Positions 59,728 through 64,000 of a stretch of DNA of 64,000 nucleotides are shown here, one piece after another. The translations under genes were made by a program, and so were the position numbers. The notes below the pieces were generated by a model. It did not search any database and had not been told where the DNA came from. It saw nothing but the letters and a program-made list of their open reading frames with translations. Source of the DNA: Candidatus Caldarchaeales archaeon (GTDB taxonomy: Archaea; Thermoproteota; Nitrososphaeria_A; Caldarchaeales; Calditenuaceae); NCBI GenBank assembly GCA_039630085.1, contig JBCNVM010000001.1, positions 160,001-224,000 on the forward strand, written 5' to 3'. Each line of letters opens with the position of its first letter. The first letter of the stretch is position 1.

Positions 59728-60900
59728 CTACATCCCTATGCCGACGGTGTTCCCTATCCCCGCGACGACGACCGTCCCGTTCTCCGGGACGTTCTTCCTT
59801 ATCGTCTCCTTGAGCTTCGCCAGGATGACGTCGCTGGCCTTCGCGATCGACTCCTTCATCGGGGTTATCGCCTCGCCGATCGACTGGAAGATCACGTATG
59901 CGTAGAGCGGGACGCCCCTGTCCTTCGCTATCGTCTCGATCTTGAACTTGTCGATCCCCGGGCCCCCGATCGCCACGCCGACTCCCTCCGCAACCTTCCC
60001 CGTCTCTTCCCCCTCGAGCTTAAGCGCGGCGTCGATCGTCACGACGAGGTCAACCTTCCCCTCGGCCTCGATGACCTTCTTCACCGCGTCCCCCGGCCTC
60101 CCTACCGTCCCGCCGGGGCCCTTCGCCCTGACGACGTAGACCCTCCTGCCCTCGAACTGCCCCAGCATCACGACCGTGTCCTTCACGCTCTCGTCGACCG
60201 GGACCGCGTTAATCTCCCTCGCGAACTTGGCCGCGACCAGTACCCCGGCTCCGTCGCCGATCGGCTGGCCGTTGTAGAAGGCGAACGAGGCCTGCCTGTA
60301 GGCCTCCGCGAGCTCCATGATCATCGGGAGCTGCATCTGGATCTGGAGGGCGATGAAGTAGTTGGCGGTCTTCCTGCCGAGGAGGTAGTAGTGCCTCACG
60401 ACCCTGTAGATGATGTTCATGGCCCTCGCCACCTCGACGAGGTTCGTGAGGGTCTTGAGCCTGTCCCGGTCCTCGGTCCTCACGAGGGCGGCGACCTGAT
60501 CCTCGAACCTGTTCTCGCCTATGTTGAGGATGTGCTCCAGCTTGTAGACGATGCCGTACGGGTCCATCGACTCGGGGGCTATGTAGAAGTAGTCCAAGAG
60601 GACGTCCAGCTTCTTCCCGATCTCCTCCTCCGACTCGCTGCTGCCGCTCTGCTTGATCGCCGCTATCGTCCGGGACCTGACGTCGTCCCTCATGGCCTTG
60701 AGCCTGTAGAGCTTCCTGTCGATGTCCCTCAGGATGTTGATCAGCTGCATCCTCTGTCCGAGCATCGGATAGAAGAAGAACGAGAGCATGATGAACAGGA
60801 ACCAGAAGAGCATGAGCAGCGTCGAGTCCTCCAGCTGTCCGGTGCCCGGAGCCGCGGCCAACGCCATCCTGAGCTGCATCACGCTGTTATCCCACGTCAC
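59728..60900 (-). CDS. DUF1512 family protein
   Basis: MDPYGIV.KLEH, PIGDGAG, AKGPGGTVG.PG, IDAALKLEGE, GIGNTVGI. Confidence 0.85.
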   Translation of the reverse strand: MTWDNSVMQLRMALAAAPGTGQLEDSTLLMLFWFLFIMLSFFFYPMLGQRMQLINILRDIDRKLYRLKAMRDDVRSRTIAAIKQSGSSESEEEIGKKLDVLLDYFYIAPESMDPYGIVYKLEHILNIGENRFEDQVAALVRTEDRDRLKTLTNLVEVARAMNIIYRVVRHYYLLGRKTANYFIALQIQMQLPMIMELAEAYRQASFAFYNGQPIGDGAGVLVAAKFAREINAVPVDESVKDTVVMLGQFEGRRVYVVRAKGPGGTVGRPGDAVKKVIEAEGKVDLVVTIDAALKLEGEETGKVAEGVGVAIGGPGIDKFKIETIAKDRGVPLYAYVIFQSIGEAITPMKESIAKASDVILAKLKETIRKNVPENGTVVVAGIGNTVGIGM

Positions 60901-61065
60901 CAGCTCTCACCCTCTCTTATAGCTTCGTCCCGAGAGCGTCCTCGGCGAGTCTTCCGGCCTCCGGGGCGTCCGGAGAGGCGCGCGGGTAATACGAGATCGG
61001 CGCGGAGGAACGGAAGGCGTCTGCTCGGGCAAGCGGCGAGGGAGCGCGAGGTCCTCCGAGCCGGA

Positions 61066-62010
61066 TCAACTTTGGACTTCGGCCCTCGCCGGGCCCTCGA
61101 GGACCTCCTTCAGGCCCTTGAACCTGTTCCTCACGGTGACCTCCGTGACGCCCGCGGCCCTCGCGATGTCCTTCTGGGTGACGTTCTGCATCGTCTCCTG
61201 GCAGGCCATGTAGAGCGCAGCGGCGGCTATCCCCACGGGGTCCTTCCCGATCGTCGCGCCCCTCTTCGCGGCCTCGGTGAGGATCCTCACCGCCTCCTGG
61301 GCGGTCCTCTCGTCGACGTTGACCTTCGCGGCGATCTTGGAGACGTAGATCGTCGGGTCGGTGACGGGGACCCTGATGTTCAGGTGCTTCAGCATCAGCC
61401 TGTACCCCTGGGCGATCGTCTTCCTCTTCACCAGCGGGTAGGCCTTCTCGAACTCCCTGAGGTCCCTGGGGATCCCGTTGAGCCTGCAGGCCGCGTAGAT
61501 CGCCGCTGCCATGATGCTCCTGATGGACCTGCCCCTGACCAGCCCGGCCTTCAGCGCCTTCCTGTAGATCAGCATCGCCTGCTCCGCGACCGCCTGCGGA
61601 AGGTTCAGCTTGTCCATGTAGATACCGAGGATGTTCGCGGCCTGCTGGAGGTTCCGGGTCTCGGAGGCGTTGACCTGCGAAGTCTGGTCGAGCTTCTTCA
61701 GCCTCAGCATCTTCTCCCTCACCTCCTTCGGGAGCCTCCTGCCTCCCGCGTCCTCGCTGGTCTTGTCGATTACCGTCGATAGCCCGAAGTCCTTGTACAT
61801 GATCGAGAGCGGAGCTCCCGCCCTCGCCCTGCTCTCCTCTCCCTCCTCGGCGCCCCTCCACTCGGGGCCCCTGTTCACCCCTTTCTCAACGACGACGGCC
61901 CCGCACTCCTCGCAGCTCACCTCCCCGGTCATGGGGTCGGAGACGAGCCTCATGCTCCCGCACTCGGGGCACATCAGGTCCTCCCTCCAGGCCCTCACGC
62001 GACCGCTCAT
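61066..62010 (-). CDS. tfb: Transcription initiation factor IIB
   Basis: CPECG..CEECG zinc ribbon, GPEWR B-finger, GRSI and GKDP cyclin repeats, VTEVTVRNR. Confidence 0.96.
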   Translation of the reverse strand: MSGRVRAWREDLMCPECGSMRLVSDPMTGEVSCEECGAVVVEKGVNRGPEWRGAEEGEESRARAGAPLSIMYKDFGLSTVIDKTSEDAGGRRLPKEVREKMLRLKKLDQTSQVNASETRNLQQAANILGIYMDKLNLPQAVAEQAMLIYRKALKAGLVRGRSIRSIMAAAIYAACRLNGIPRDLREFEKAYPLVKRKTIAQGYRLMLKHLNIRVPVTDPTIYVSKIAAKVNVDERTAQEAVRILTEAAKRGATIGKDPVGIAAAALYMACQETMQNVTQKDIARAAGVTEVTVRNRFKGLKEVLEGPARAEVQS

Positions 62011-62107
62011 GCCTTTATCCCACCCCTGACTGAATTTTTATTTGATCCCATCATGGAGAGATAAGGGTTACTCAATATTAAATCTTTCCATCCGACAACT
62101 TCTGGGT

Positions 62108-63538
62108 TTACCGGCGTAGTACGCGTCTGCCGGCGAACCTCCAGCGGGGACCCGATGCGGTGTCCTCGACCCTGATGCCGATCGCCGAGAGGCCCGCCCT
62201 GATCGCGTCGGCGAGCTCGAACCTCCTCTCCGACCTGAGCCTCTCCCTCATGTCCAGCAGCAGCGAGAGCACGTCCTCGAGCAGCTCGCCGCCCCTCGCT
62301 CGTCCAGAGGGCAGCACGCCGAGCGCCGAGTCGACAGTCGCGTAGAAGGCCTCGCCCTCGGCCCTGAGCTCCTGCGGCACCGAGTCGTGGGACTCGAGGT
62401 ACCTGGCAAGGGCCCTGGTGGCCTCGTGGAGCGCCGATAGGGCCTGGGGCGTGTTCAGGTCGTCCTCCAGCGCCGAGAGGAGCCTCGACCCGCTCGCCTT
62501 CAGCTCCCCGAGCGTTGCCCTCCCTTCCTCGTCGAGCCCCTCCTGGGCGACGTCCCTGCCCCTGAACTCCTGCAGGACCGAGACTATACCCTCGAGGGCC
62601 CTCGAGGCCGCGTCCAGGTTCTCCCAGCCGAACTCGACAGGGCTCCTGTAGTGCGAGGAGGCGTAGAAGTACCTGAGCTCCTCTGCCGTGTACCTCCTCA
62701 GGACGTCCCTGATCGTGATGATGTTCCCGAGGGACTTGGACATCTTCTCTCCGCCAACCGTGAGGAGGCCCGTGTGGACCCAGTACCTCGAGAAGGGCGA
62801 GACTCCCGTCGCGGCCTCGGCCTGGGCCCTCTCGGCCTCGTGATGGGGGAAGATCAGCTCGATCGCGCCGCCGTGGACGTCCAGCTGGGGCCCGAAGTAG
62901 GTCAGGATGATCGCGGTGTCCTCGATGTGCCATCCGGGCCTCCCGTATCCCCAGGGCGAGTCCCACCCGAGCTCGGTCTCGGGCCTCAGCTTCCAGAGCG
63001 CGAAGTCCTGCGGCCTCCTTTTCGTCGGGTCTGGTTCGATCCTGTGGACGCTCAGCTCCTCCGGCTCCCTCCCCGAGAGCTCGCCGTAGGGCCCGAAGGC
63101 CTCCGTGTCGAAGTAGACCCCGGTTCTGGTCTCGTAGGCGAACCCCCTCTTCAGGAGCCCCCGGATCAGCTCGATGATCTCCTCGATGTGCTCGGAGGCC
63201 CTCGCGAAGAGGTTGACGCTCTCTATCCTCAGGTCCCTCAGGTCCTCCATGAAGTACCCCTCGAACTCCTTCGCCAGCTCGAGCGGGTGGACTCCCCTCT
63301 CCGCGGCCCTCTGGATGATCTTGTCGTCGACGTCGGTGATGTTCATCAGGTAGAAGAGCGAGTACCCCGCGCCCCTGAGGTACCTCGCGAGGAAGTCGTA
63401 GGCGACGTAGGTCCTCGCGTGGCCGACGTGCGCGTAGTCGTAGACCGTGGGCCCGCAGACGTACATCTTGACCCTGTTGCCCCTCAGCGGCCTGAACTCC
63501 TCGACCATCCGGGTCAGGCTGTTGTAGACTCGGAGCAC
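62108..63538 (-). CDS. cysS: Cysteine--tRNA ligase
   Basis: CGPTVYD..HVGH, DFALWK, GRPGWHIE, FPHHE, KMSKS. Confidence 0.95.
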   Translation of the reverse strand: MLRVYNSLTRMVEEFRPLRGNRVKMYVCGPTVYDYAHVGHARTYVAYDFLARYLRGAGYSLFYLMNITDVDDKIIQRAAERGVHPLELAKEFEGYFMEDLRDLRIESVNLFARASEHIEEIIELIRGLLKRGFAYETRTGVYFDTEAFGPYGELSGREPEELSVHRIEPDPTKRRPQDFALWKLRPETELGWDSPWGYGRPGWHIEDTAIILTYFGPQLDVHGGAIELIFPHHEAERAQAEAATGVSPFSRYWVHTGLLTVGGEKMSKSLGNIITIRDVLRRYTAEELRYFYASSHYRSPVEFGWENLDAASRALEGIVSVLQEFRGRDVAQEGLDEEGRATLGELKASGSRLLSALEDDLNTPQALSALHEATRALARYLESHDSVPQELRAEGEAFYATVDSALGVLPSGRARGGELLEDVLSLLLDMRERLRSERRFELADAIRAGLSAIGIRVEDTASGPRWRFAGRRVLRR

Positions 63539-63652
63539 AATATCCCGGGCACCGCGCTGCCTTCCCCCCGCCCCTATTTAACCGAGAGCCGGGAGCGTGA
63601 GGCCCATCGGGTCTCGCGGCCATCAATCTTATAGCAAAGGCGGGAAATCGAG

Positions 63653-64000
63653 ATGAGGCCGGTGAACGGAGTGTCGGTCAAGGTGACGCAGGAGGACCTG
63701 CAGAGGGCCTTGGACGAGCTGGCCGTCCTCGAGCAGCTGATACCGGACCTCCAGGCGAGGATAGCGGCGCTCAACGCCTCGATACTCGACCACGAGAGGG
63801 CCCTCCAGCTGATCGACTTCCTCACCAGCAACCCGGGCCAGCACAAGGTCCTCTTCTCGATCGGGGGAGGCTCGCTCCTCGAGACCGACGTCTCGTTCAC
63901 GGGGAGGCTCAAGGTCGGGATAGGGCAGAACGTGGTCCTCGACGCGCCTGTCGAGAGGTGCAGGAGGATAATCAACGATAGGAAGGCGGTGCTGGAGAGG
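63653..64000 (+). CDS. pfdA: Prefoldin alpha subunit (3' truncated by window edge; absent from ORF track)
   Basis: Open frame from ATG 63653: helix, KVLFSIGGGSLL, KVGIGQNVVL, helix. Confidence 0.78.
   Translation, partial: MRPVNGVSVKVTQEDLQRALDELAVLEQLIPDLQARIAALNASILDHERALQLIDFLTSNPGQHKVLFSIGGGSLLETDVSFTGRLKVGIGQNVVLDAPVERCRRIINDRKAVLER

Noticed and set aside
60901-61065. GC-rich intergenic region as a possible structured RNA
   Set aside because: No recognisable family motif; pairing is expected at this GC content

Overview
High-GC archaeal chromosomal segment. Archaeal markers include TFB, rpl34e, rps17e, aEF-1beta, RIO1, DHS, Dph6, type-2 IDI, DUF106, prefoldin alpha and an intron-containing tRNA. 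The TackOD1 domain, LysW/LysX, Sco, NuoBC and FtsZ suggest, by inference, an aerobic TACK lineage such as Aigarchaeota/Caldarchaeales. Most of the window is housekeeping and catabolic genes in fragmented operons. Signals the ORF track misses or misrepresents: (1) an orphan CRISPR-like mini-array at 25202-25349 with two near-identical 24-nt repeats, a possible third degenerate copy and self-complementary spacers, with no cas genes in the window; (2) a two-gene extracytoplasmic redox module, a Tat flavoprotein lacking fumarate-reductase catalytic motifs plus a DOMON-like/cytochrome b fusion; (3) a CBS x4 + HPF-like putative ribosome hibernation factor; (4) a cdrS-like RHH gene coupled to ftsZ; (5) a TackOD1 zinc protein coupled to a processive GT2; (6) an internally deleted ATPase-wHTH pseudogene that keeps a 42-bp double-palindrome operator; (7) a decaying lower-GC FN3/CBM/glycoside hydrolase-like gene; (8) uncalled lysW, tRNA-Arg(TCG) and partial prefoldin. 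All family assignments come from motif recognition by eye, not from database searches.
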